The position numbers were made by a program, and so were the translations under genes. Of a stretch of DNA of 64,000 bases, positions 29,179 through 45,667 are shown one piece after another; position 1 is the first letter of the stretch, and every line of letters begins with the position of its first letter. A model generated the notes under the pieces. The model ran no database searches. It was not told the origin of the DNA and saw nothing but the letters and a program-made list of their open reading frames with translations. The DNA is taken from assembly GCA_963555995.3 (NCBI GenBank), contig OY821641.1, positions 1,440,001 through 1,504,000 on the forward strand. Direction: 5' to 3'. Source of the DNA: Vicinamibacteria bacterium (GTDB taxonomy: Bacteria; Acidobacteriota; Vicinamibacteria; Marinacidobacterales; Marinacidobacteraceae).

Positions 29179-29197
29179 GCTGCACCATTGTGGTGCA
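29171..29197. promoter_or_regulatory. putative RHH operator
   Basis: TGCACCA (29171), TGCACCA (29181), TGGTGCA (29191) at 10-bp phasing, overlapping the RHH start codon. Confidence 0.6.
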
Positions 29198-29286
29198 GCG
29201 GTGCGGACGGGTCAAACGCGACCGGAGGAAGCACGGGTCCCGCCGGCCGGAGGCCGGCGCTCCGGGGCGTTTCGCGGTCCGGCCGG

Positions 29287-30231
29287 TCAGGTCTCGACGA
29301 GGCGGGCGCTCGGGCCGCGCAGGATCCGGACCGAGGCGCCCGCCGGGACGTCGGCGGAGACGACCGCGAGGGCGAGGCCGGCGGGGCCGCTCCAGCGGTC
29401 CGGGCGGCCGGCGGCGCTGGTGACTCGGCCGGCGGGACCGTCGCCGAACAGGACGACCGATTCGGCCTCGGGCACGAATTCCTCGTCGAACTCCAGCCGG
29501 CGCAGGAGACGGGGGATCCGGCCCCGGTGCGCCTGCCGCGCCACGTACTCCTGGCCGATGTAGCACCCCTTGCCGAGGCGGACGTGTGCGGACAGCCCGC
29601 TCTGGAGGGGCAGGGACCGCTCGTCGAGTTCGGCGCCCCACCGCGGCTCGCTCGCGAGGATGCGGAGGTACTCCTGTTCTTCGGGTGATGCTTCCACGGA
29701 CTCGCCGCCGCCCTCGATCAGGTCCCGGAACGAAATCCGGCCGCCGGTCCGGAGTCCGACGTGGACGACCGTCTTCGCCGGCCAGGGCCGGAAGTCCCGG
29801 CGCACGAACCCGGCGCCCGTTTCCACGACCCGTCCCGGGGGACCCGGGTCCGGTCCGCCCGGCCGCGGCGCGGCGTCCGTGCCGACGATCTCGAAGTCGC
29901 CGCGTTCCGCGAGCGCGATCTCCACGTCGTCCGCGATCCGGTAGCGGTCGAGCGCGGCCGCGAGCGCTTCCCCGCGGGGCCGTTCGCATTCGAGCAGGAC
30001 CGCCCCGCTGGTGACCGTCGCGACCGCGGCGGCGATCAGGTTGCCCTTCGGCCCGAGGAGGGCCGTCCGCGCGGCGCCGGGAGCCGCCGGCAGACCGCCC
30101 GACATGATGCGCGTGAGGAACGCGATGCGGTCGGTCCCGGTGACGACCACGATGCCGCGGCTGCCGGTCCGCACCGAAAAAAGCGGATCTCCGCCCGGAA
30201 ACGCCAGCATCTGCGGCATCGGATTCTCCAT
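29287..30231 (-). CDS. ygfZ: YgfZ/GcvT-like folate-binding protein
   Basis: KGCYIGQE signature; GTDRIAFL. Confidence 0.85.
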   Translation of the reverse strand: MENPMPQMLAFPGGDPLFSVRTGSRGIVVVTGTDRIAFLTRIMSGGLPAAPGAARTALLGPKGNLIAAAVATVTSGAVLLECERPRGEALAAALDRYRIADDVEIALAERGDFEIVGTDAAPRPGGPDPGPPGRVVETGAGFVRRDFRPWPAKTVVHVGLRTGGRISFRDLIEGGGESVEASPEEQEYLRILASEPRWGAELDERSLPLQSGLSAHVRLGKGCYIGQEYVARQAHRGRIPRLLRRLEFDEEFVPEAESVVLFGDGPAGRVTSAAGRPDRWSGPAGLALAVVSADVPAGASVRILRGPSARLVET

Positions 30232-30300
30232 GGATCGGCCCTCGCGCTTTATCCTAGTCGGGGGTGGGCGTTCGTTCCGGCCCGGAGGCCCCCGCCACTC

Positions 30301-31437
30301 ATGGATCTCCCACTCTCGCTCGTCGCCGAATCCTTCGCTCCGCCGCCGGCCCGCCTGCTCGACTTCGACAGCGTGGGGTCCCCCCGCAGCCTGCGGCCGC
30401 GCCCGGTGGGGGCCGATGCGTCGGCGGAAGCCGACCTGCGGGCCGACCTGGCCTGGTTCTGGAACTCGAACGCGGACTGGGCGGACGATCAGATCGCGGT
30501 CGGCGAGACCTACGCGGACCTGGTGCGCCGCCTGGTCCTTTCGCTCGGACTTCGCGAGGGGGACCGCATCGTCCTCAGCGCTTCGGAGCCCGACGACCGG
30601 CGGGCCGCCTGGAAGGCCGCCGTCCCGGACGGGGTCGAGGTGTCCGACTGGCGTCCGCGCCCGCTGGGCCGGGTCCTGCTCCGCGACCTCGAGGCGCTGC
30701 TCCACCAGCGGACCCGCCTCGTGCTGCTGACCAAGGCGTGTCCGGTGACGGGCTCGCTGAACGAGATCATTCCGGTCGCGCAGCTTCTCGAGGGGACGGG
30801 CGCGACGCTCGTCACCGAGGCGAGCCACTTCCTGTCGCACGGTTCGCTCGACATCCGGAACCTGCGCTGCGACGCCGTCGTCGCCGACGCCGCGGAGCTC
30901 TTCGGCGCCCGCGGCGCGACGCTCTGGGCCCGCCGGCTCGGTCCCGCGGCCTCCGCGAACGGGGCCGTTTCGCCGCACGTCCTCGCGGGGCTCGCCCGGG
31001 CGGTGTCCTATGCCGAACGGCTGGGCGAGGCGCCGGGCGCCCCGGTGGCGCCTCCCTCCGAGCGCTTCGGACGCCGGGAACCGATGCGGAAGGGGATGCA
31101 GGGCATCCGCCAGGAGGAACGGATCCTCTCCCGCTGGATGCTCCGGGGACTCGCGCGGATCGAGGGTGTTTCCGTCCTCGGGGAGGACGACCCCCGCCGG
31201 GCCGCCTACCGGATTCCGACGTTCAGCTTCACCTGCGAGGGGGAAAGCGCCGCGGCGCTCGGCGCCGCGCTCGAGGCGGAGGGGGTTCAGGTGGCTTCCG
31301 GGGACCTCGGGTGCTCGACCACCCTGGAGAACCTCGGCCGCGATCCGGAGAACGGCGTGCTGCGGGCGTCGCTCGGGCACTACCACACCCGGGACGACGT
31401 CGAGCGTTTCCTGCGCGCGCTGCGCTCGCTGCTCTAG
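30301..31437 (+). CDS. class V aminotransferase/cysteine desulfurase-like protein, degenerate active site
   Basis: RTRLVLLT...PVTGSL, RIPTFSF and GVLRASLGHYHT; the expected Lys position reads DAAELFG. Confidence 0.75.
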   Translation: MDLPLSLVAESFAPPPARLLDFDSVGSPRSLRPRPVGADASAEADLRADLAWFWNSNADWADDQIAVGETYADLVRRLVLSLGLREGDRIVLSASEPDDRRAAWKAAVPDGVEVSDWRPRPLGRVLLRDLEALLHQRTRLVLLTKACPVTGSLNEIIPVAQLLEGTGATLVTEASHFLSHGSLDIRNLRCDAVVADAAELFGARGATLWARRLGPAASANGAVSPHVLAGLARAVSYAERLGEAPGAPVAPPSERFGRREPMRKGMQGIRQEERILSRWMLRGLARIEGVSVLGEDDPRRAAYRIPTFSFTCEGESAAALGAALEAEGVQVASGDLGCSTTLENLGRDPENGVLRASLGHYHTRDDVERFLRALRSLL

Positions 31438-31706
31438 CAGCCTGTGGATACAGTGACGTGAGCACCGAGAACGCCGAGGCGCCCGGCTGACAAGGCGCGT
31501 GAGGGAGGAATACCGGGTGGATTCCGACCGAAACGCAACGCAAAGCGCCTCCTAGAGGCGCGGTTCAGGCGGGATGCATCGGCGTTCGCGTCGTTAGCGG
31601 GGCGTGAGCCCCGCGCAGACCCCGGAGCGAGAGGGATAGGGGACGGGTTCACCCGGCTCCTATCCCTCTTGGCTCGGGAATGGCGCGTGACTTTGTCCAC
31701 AGGCTC
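31438..31706. mobile_element. 269-bp MITE with CTAG flanks
   Basis: Terminal inverted repeats CAGCCTGTGGATACAGTGACG / CGTGACTTTGTCCACAGGCTC; CTAG at 31434-31437 and 31707-31710. Confidence 0.75.
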
Positions 31707-31776
31707 CTAGCCGGAGCAGGCTTTTCCTGCACGCCGCCGCCGGGGCGCGTACGATCGGCGGTCTGGGAGGCACGCC

Positions 31777-33453
31777 ATGACCGTCCGTTCCGCGTCCATG
31801 CCTGTTCCGCCGCGGCTCCTGCCGCTGCTCCTCGCCGGGGTGCTGGCCGGCTGCGGGTCCGAACCGCCCCCGCCGCCGGCGGCCGGGCCGGGCGCCCACG
31901 CCGACCTCGTCGCGCTCTTCGAGGAGTGGCGGGAGTTCGAGCGGCCGGAGTTCCGGGACGGGATTCCGGACTACAGCGCCGGGGCGATGGCGCGCCAGCA
32001 CGCCGAACTGCCGACGTGGCGCGCCCGGCTGGATGCACTCGCGCCCGGGAGCTGGCCGGTTTCCGAGCAGATTGACTGGCACCTGCTCCGCGCCGAGATA
32101 AACGGGCTCGACTTCGACCACCGGGTGCGGCGGCCGTGGGCCCGCGACCCGGGCTTCTACGTGCAGGTCTTCGCGGCCCAGAGCGACGTGCCGGCCCACG
32201 AAGGGCCGGTGCTCCACGGGTTCATTGACCTGTGGACCTACGACTACCCCCTCTCCGACGCGGACGCGGCCGAACTGGCGACGCGGATCGGGACGGTCCC
32301 CGGGGTGCTGGCGCAGGCGAAGGAGAACCTCGCGGCATCGAACGCCCGCGACCTCTGGCTCGGCGGGTTCCGCTACTTCCGGAACCAGGCCGCCGATCTC
32401 ACCGCCTTCGGCGAGCGGGTGGCGGGAACGAGCGCCGAACTGGATGCGGCCGTGGAGGCCGCGCACGCCGCCACCGTGGACTTCCGCGAGTTCCTCGAGG
32501 CGGAGGCGGACTCGAAGACCGGCCCCTCGGGAGTGGGCGCCGAGAACTACACCTGGGCGATGCGGCACGTGCACCTGCTGCCCTGGTCGTGGAAGCAGAT
32601 CGTGACCATCATGGAGCGGGAGCTGGCCCGCTCGCACTCCTCGATGCGCCTCGAGGAGAACCGGAACCGGGCGCTGCCCGAGCTGGAGCGGATCGCCTCC
32701 GCCGAGGAGTTCGACCGGCGGCTCAACGAGTCGGTGGACCGCTACCTGGAGTTCCTGACGCGCGAGGAGGTCCAGACCGTCGAGGACTACATGGATCCCG
32801 CGCTCCGGGCGGTGAACGGGACCTTCCAGCCGCTCGAGGACCCGGACGACCTGCGGAACTTCTTCAGCGAGGTGAACTACCGGGACCCCGACGCCTTTCG
32901 CCCCCACATGCACCACTGGATCGAACTGGCGGCGATGCGGGACGCGCCCCACCTGAGCCCCGTCCGCGCGGTCCCGTCGCTGTCCAACATCTACGCGTTC
33001 CGCTCGGAGGGCCTCGCCACCGGGGTCGAGGAGATGTTCATGCACCTCGGCCTCCTGGAGGGTTCCCCGCGGTCGCGGGAGCTGACCTGGATCATGCTCG
33101 CCCAGCGGGCGGCGCGCGCCATCAGCGGGCTGCACCTCCACGGCGGCGGCTTCGACATGGAAGAGGCGGTCGCCTACGCGATGAAGTGGACGCCGCGCGG
33201 CTGGCTCACCGAGGGCGCCCTGGTGCGCGGCGAGCAGAGCCTCTACCTGCGCCAGCCCGGTTACGGGACGAGCTACGTGATCGGCAAGATCCAGATCGAG
33301 CAACTGCTCGCCGAGGTGGCAGTGCTGGAGGGCGACGACTTCAGCGTCAAGGACTTCTTCGACCGGTTCTACGCGGCGGGGGTGATTCCGGTCACCCTGG
33401 CGCGCTGGGAGATGACGGGCGAGAAGGACCCGGTTCTGGATCTCCGGCCCTGA
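31777..33453 (+). CDS. DUF885 family lipoprotein
   Basis: Lipobox LAGC; SEGLATGVEE and PGYGTSYVIGK. Confidence 0.8.
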   Translation: MTVRSASMPVPPRLLPLLLAGVLAGCGSEPPPPPAAGPGAHADLVALFEEWREFERPEFRDGIPDYSAGAMARQHAELPTWRARLDALAPGSWPVSEQIDWHLLRAEINGLDFDHRVRRPWARDPGFYVQVFAAQSDVPAHEGPVLHGFIDLWTYDYPLSDADAAELATRIGTVPGVLAQAKENLAASNARDLWLGGFRYFRNQAADLTAFGERVAGTSAELDAAVEAAHAATVDFREFLEAEADSKTGPSGVGAENYTWAMRHVHLLPWSWKQIVTIMERELARSHSSMRLEENRNRALPELERIASAEEFDRRLNESVDRYLEFLTREEVQTVEDYMDPALRAVNGTFQPLEDPDDLRNFFSEVNYRDPDAFRPHMHHWIELAAMRDAPHLSPVRAVPSLSNIYAFRSEGLATGVEEMFMHLGLLEGSPRSRELTWIMLAQRAARAISGLHLHGGGFDMEEAVAYAMKWTPRGWLTEGALVRGEQSLYLRQPGYGTSYVIGKIQIEQLLAEVAVLEGDDFSVKDFFDRFYAAGVIPVTLARWEMTGEKDPVLDLRP

Positions 33454-33485
33454 GAGCGCGGCGAGACTCCAGGAGCGCCGTCCAG

Positions 33486-33758
33486 TTGCGGTGAAAATGC
33501 AGTCCCGCGCGTTCTCCAAAGAGCCGTGTGGGCACCGCCGGCTTGGAGCGCCGGCTTCAGCCGGCACTGCGGCCCGCAGGGCCGCGGGCGGTTCGTCGCT
33601 ACCCCGGGTGCGTTGGCGCGCGCAGCCGAGCCATCCCGGCGCATGAGGTTCGTCTCGCCGCCCGCCTTCGGCGGGCTGTGCCGGCTGAAGCCGGCGTTCC
33701 AAGCCGGCGGCGCCATCACGCCGCCTCGCCGACCCGTGGGACTGCGTTTACACAGCAA
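33486..33758. repeat. REP doublet inside 21-bp terminal inverted repeats
   Basis: TTGCGGTGAAAATGCAGTCCC / GGGACTGCGTTTACACAGCAA; inverted REPs at 33545-33566 and 33679-33700. Confidence 0.7.
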
Positions 33759-33863
33759 AGCAGAAGCGCCCGTCTCAGACCGGCATCGCTCCCCGACGGG
33801 GAGCGGAGTGTGAACACCGGCGCTCCGTGCCTGCGACGCGCGGCGGTGGGATACTTCGCGGCC

Positions 33864-34976
33864 GTGACGAGGAAGACCCTCCTCCCGCTCGCCGGCGTGC
33901 TGCTGTTCGCCGCGCCGGGGCGGGCGTCCACCGAGCCCTTCCGGCTCGGGACCTTCGAGCATCGCGGCGAGGCGTTCCTCGGCATCGTCCTCCGCGACGC
34001 CTGGGCGGTGGACCTCTCCGGGGCGAACGCCTCGCTCGAACGGCACAACCGGATGTGGGTGCGCCTTCCCATGCCGGAGGACATGACGGAACTGGCCGGG
34101 CGGTGGCATCTCGGCATGCGTGACCGCGTGCACGCCATCGTGGACCAGGTGGTCCCGCTGCTGGAGCGCCCCGCGGACGAACGCCCGCTCTGGATCCACG
34201 ACCTCGAGGGGCTCCACGTCTTCCCGCCGGTCCGCCCCGGCCTCATCCTGGCCACCGCGCTCAACTACCCGGCGCATGGCGTCGAGATGACCACCGGCGC
34301 GCCGGCGGCGATGTCGGACGCCTCGGCGCTCGACGACCAGCAGGTCTCGATGGACCACTTCTGGGAGCGCGAGCCGGGCGACCGCCGCCAGAACCCCTAC
34401 CTCTTCATGAAGCCGGGGAGCATCGCCATCGGCCACGGCGAGCCGATCCTGATGAAGCCGGAGCGGGAGATGGTGGACTGGGAGTGCGAGCTCGCGGTGG
34501 TGATCGGCCGGCCGGCGAGCGACGTGGAGGCGGAAGACGCCGGCGCCCACATCTTCGGCTACACGATGATGAACGACGTGGGCGACCGGGAGGGCCGGGG
34601 GGACGACCGCTACGGGTCCGACTGGCTGGTCTGGAAGTCCACGGAGACGTTCGCGCCGCTCGGACCGTTCATCACTCCGGCCGAGTTCGTGACCGACGCC
34701 CACGACCTCGACATCCGTTTCACCCTGTCGGGCGAGATCATGCAGGACGCCAACACCGGGCTGATGGAGCACCGGATCCCCGAACTCATCCAGTTCGCCT
34801 CCCACAACCTGATCCTGCGGCCGGGGGACGTGATCGCCACCGGGACCCCGGACGGCGTGGGCTACGCCCGCACCCCGCCCATCTTCATGAAGCCCGGCGA
34901 CACCGCCGCCTGCTGGGCCGAGGGGATCGGCACCCTCGTGAACCCGGTGCGCGCGTGGGCGGACGCCATCCGCTGA
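33864..34976 (+). CDS. fumarylacetoacetate hydrolase family protein with signal peptide
   Basis: ALNY, PYLFMK, DWECELAVVIG, MNDV and PGDVIATGTP. Confidence 0.85.
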   Translation: MTRKTLLPLAGVLLFAAPGRASTEPFRLGTFEHRGEAFLGIVLRDAWAVDLSGANASLERHNRMWVRLPMPEDMTELAGRWHLGMRDRVHAIVDQVVPLLERPADERPLWIHDLEGLHVFPPVRPGLILATALNYPAHGVEMTTGAPAAMSDASALDDQQVSMDHFWEREPGDRRQNPYLFMKPGSIAIGHGEPILMKPEREMVDWECELAVVIGRPASDVEAEDAGAHIFGYTMMNDVGDREGRGDDRYGSDWLVWKSTETFAPLGPFITPAEFVTDAHDLDIRFTLSGEIMQDANTGLMEHRIPELIQFASHNLILRPGDVIATGTPDGVGYARTPPIFMKPGDTAACWAEGIGTLVNPVRAWADAIR

Positions 34977-34992
34977 CCGACGGAGAGCGCCC

Positions 34993-36126
<1,134 letters not shown>

Positions 36127-36132
36127 CTCTTC

Positions 36133-37266
36133 TTGATCCAGGACCCCTTCGGGATCTTCCTGGCGCTCGCCGCGTCGGTGTTCCTCGCCGTCTGGCTGGA
36201 GCGGAACTACCGCTTCTTCCGGTCGCTGAGCGCGGGGCTCTTGTGCCTCCTCTTCGGGATGGTCCTGTCGAATACCGGACTCCTGGTGGGCGAGGCGGAG
36301 AGCTACGAGCAGATCTCGAACATCTGGATCAACGCCGCGATCGTGCTGGTGCTCCTCAACGTGGACCTGCGGTCGGTGCTGAGGGCCGGGAAGGCGATGC
36401 TCACCGCGTTCGGGCTCGGGGCGCTCGGCACCATGCTGGGGACCTTCCTCGCCACGGTCCTGCTCGCCGACGCGCTGGGTCCCGAGGCGTGGAAGCTCAC
36501 CGGCCAGTTCACCGGGACCTACATCGGGGGCAGCGCCAACTTCTACGCGCTGGCCGCGGCCTTCGAGACCGACCCGAACCTCATGTCGGGGGCGCTCGCC
36601 GCCGACGTGATCGTGACCAGCATCTGGCTCGCCGCCTGTATCGCGATCCCGGCGCTGCTGCGGGGAGGGAGGGATCTCGACCCGCCCCGTCCGCGGGAGG
36701 GGCCGCTGACGCTCGAACAGCGGCTCAACGAGAGCGGCGACAGCCTCCGGATGCTGGACTTCTTCGGGCTGGCGGCGATCACGCTCGGGACCATGGTCGC
36801 GTCGCGCCTGATCGCGGCGGCGTGGCCGGTGATCCCGTCGGTCCTCTGGCTGACGACCATCACCCTGGTCCTCGGCCACCTCGGTCCGGTGCGGAAGCTC
36901 CGGGGGGCGCCGGTGCTCGGGAACTCGCTGCTCTACCTGTTCCTCGCCGCCAACGGGGCGCGGTCGCTGGTGTCCGAGATGTTCGCGGCGGGAGCGGTGC
37001 TCTTCTGGTTCGCGGCCCTCATCGTCGCCGTCCACGGACTCGTGATCTTCGGGGTGGGACGGCTGCTCCGGATTGACGCCGGGACCCTCTCGGTGGCGTC
37101 CCAGGCGAACATCGGCGGCGCCGCCTCGGCGGTGGCGATTGCCTCCGCGCGCGGCTACGCCATCCAGATGCTCCCCGGCATCGCGGTGGCGCTCGCCGGC
37201 TACGCGGTGGGGAACTACTTCGGGTTCGGGATGGGCGTGCTGGCGCGGTCGCTGCTCGGGGGTTAG
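36133..37266 (+). CDS. DUF819 family membrane protein, tandem paralog
   Basis: 377 aa and colinear with the upstream gene; TTG start. Confidence 0.8.
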   Translation: MIQDPFGIFLALAASVFLAVWLERNYRFFRSLSAGLLCLLFGMVLSNTGLLVGEAESYEQISNIWINAAIVLVLLNVDLRSVLRAGKAMLTAFGLGALGTMLGTFLATVLLADALGPEAWKLTGQFTGTYIGGSANFYALAAAFETDPNLMSGALAADVIVTSIWLAACIAIPALLRGGRDLDPPRPREGPLTLEQRLNESGDSLRMLDFFGLAAITLGTMVASRLIAAAWPVIPSVLWLTTITLVLGHLGPVRKLRGAPVLGNSLLYLFLAANGARSLVSEMFAAGAVLFWFAALIVAVHGLVIFGVGRLLRIDAGTLSVASQANIGGAASAVAIASARGYAIQMLPGIAVALAGYAVGNYFGFGMGVLARSLLGG

Positions 37267-37949
37267 CGGGGGGCCGGACGTTTCCCCACCGCGACCACCA
37301 TCGGGCCTTCGGTCCACACCTGTTCCACTTCGAATCCGGCGGCGCGCATGGCCGCGGCTTCCACCTCTTGCGGGAAGTAGGTGTCCTCTTCCTGCCATTC
37401 GGCGAAGTGCCGGTAGGCGCGCTCCTCGGGAATCCCGCACGACACCAGGTGGGCGGCCCAGGCGCGCCACACGGGCTCCCGGGCGTCGGGTTCCGCTGGC
37501 ATCGTGGCGTCGGCGTTCACGAAGACGCCGCCCGGACGGAGACAGTCGTGGATCCGGGCGAAGAGCCGCCGCTTTTCGTCCATGGTGGGGACGTGGTGGA
37601 GGGCGAGCGAGGCGGCGACCGCGTCGGCATCGGGGAGCGGATCGTCGAAGGACGCCTCCCGGAACCGCGTCCGGGCGCCGAATCCGGCAAGGCGTTCCCG
37701 CGCCACCGCCAGCATTTCGGGGTCCACGTCCACCAACTCGACCACGGCGCGCGGCGCCGCCCGGAGGATGGCCTCCGAGAGGGCGCCGGTGCCGCCGCCG
37801 AGGTCGAGGACGTGCTCCGGATCCACCCGCGCGATCTCCGTGGCGGAGGCTGCGAGCATCGCCTCGTAGCCGGGGATAAACCGCCGGATGGCCTCGTCGT
37901 AGGCAGCGATCTCGACGCGGAGGTGGCGGCTGACGGAGTGGCGGGACAT
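37263..37949 (-). CDS. class I SAM-dependent methyltransferase
   Basis: VLDLGGGTG, ASLALHH and LRPGGVF. Confidence 0.85.
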   Translation of the reverse strand: MSRHSVSRHLRVEIAAYDEAIRRFIPGYEAMLAASATEIARVDPEHVLDLGGGTGALSEAILRAAPRAVVELVDVDPEMLAVARERLAGFGARTRFREASFDDPLPDADAVAASLALHHVPTMDEKRRLFARIHDCLRPGGVFVNADATMPAEPDAREPVWRAWAAHLVSCGIPEERAYRHFAEWQEEDTYFPQEVEAAAMRAAGFEVEQVWTEGPMVVAVGKRPAPR

Positions 37950-38044
37950 GACGGCGGATTCTTGCAGCAGCGTCCGTCAGGAGAATGCGGCTGCGACTCT
38001 CGCAGCCGGCGGCAAGGGAATTTCGCGGTCCTTTCGGGCGGCGA

Positions 38045-38152
38045 TGCCGGAGGCCGGCGTTCCGGGGCGTGCGAGCCGTGAGGATGGGTGGGGTTGCGAG
38101 GTGCGCGGCGCGGAGCGCCGCGCGTGCCGGTCTGGAGACCGGCGTTCCAAGC
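38045..38152 (-). repeat. two REP-like palindromes
   Basis: 38101-38152 is the reverse complement of the first 52 nt of the 83-bp unit at 58602, with 2 mismatches. Confidence 0.7.
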
Positions 38153-38180
38153 CGGCGCGCCGCAGAGCTGGTCCGTGTCC

Positions 38181-45198
<7,018 letters not shown>

Positions 45199-45257
45199 GG
45201 CGAACGGTCGCTCCGGTGTTGGGAAGCCCAATGGTACCGGCCCCGTGACGCACACTC

Positions 45258-45280
45258 GGAGCGCCGGCCTCTGGCCGGCA
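45258..45280 (+). repeat. REP-like palindrome
   Basis: GGAGCGCCGGCCTCTGGCCGGCA. Confidence 0.65.
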
Positions 45281-45341
45281 TCGCGCGGGAGCGCGAAACC
45301 AGCGCTGGTGGCGCTGCGCCCTGCCAGTACGAAGTGCTCGC

Positions 45342-45569
45342 TCACTGGGCCAGCTTCCGGTACAGCTCGTCGTACTCCTCGCGGCTCGTCCGGTAAGCGG
45401 CCATGACATGCGGCCGGGCGCGGCCCGGCTGTCGCTTCTCGACCAGGTCCGCGAGCGCCTCCTCCACGAGCACCGGAAGCTCCTGGCCATCTTTCGCGGC
45501 GATCTCTTGGAGCTGCGCCAAGGTCTCGGCGCTGATTTCCAAGGTGATCGCTTGACGCTTCGACGACAT
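45342..45569 (-). CDS. RHH-type antitoxin-like protein, no toxin partner
   Basis: AITLEIS...LVEEALADLVEK...RPHVMAAY...LYRKLAQ resembles antitoxins of Doc/Fic pairs. Confidence 0.65.
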   Translation of the reverse strand: MSSKRQAITLEISAETLAQLQEIAAKDGQELPVLVEEALADLVEKRQPGRARPHVMAAYRTSREEYDELYRKLAQ

Positions 45570-45667
45570 GTTCGTTCTCCCCCGCGGGAGCGATGGCACG
45601 ATACGTCATCGTGCCGTACAACACCCCAATACCCACCCATTTGCCGTCCTGTCCGAGGGGGTTCGCC

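Noticed and set aside
31438-31706. Riboswitch or housekeeping ncRNA
   Set aside because: No recognisable conserved motif; terminal inverted repeats and the CTAG duplication indicate a MITE.
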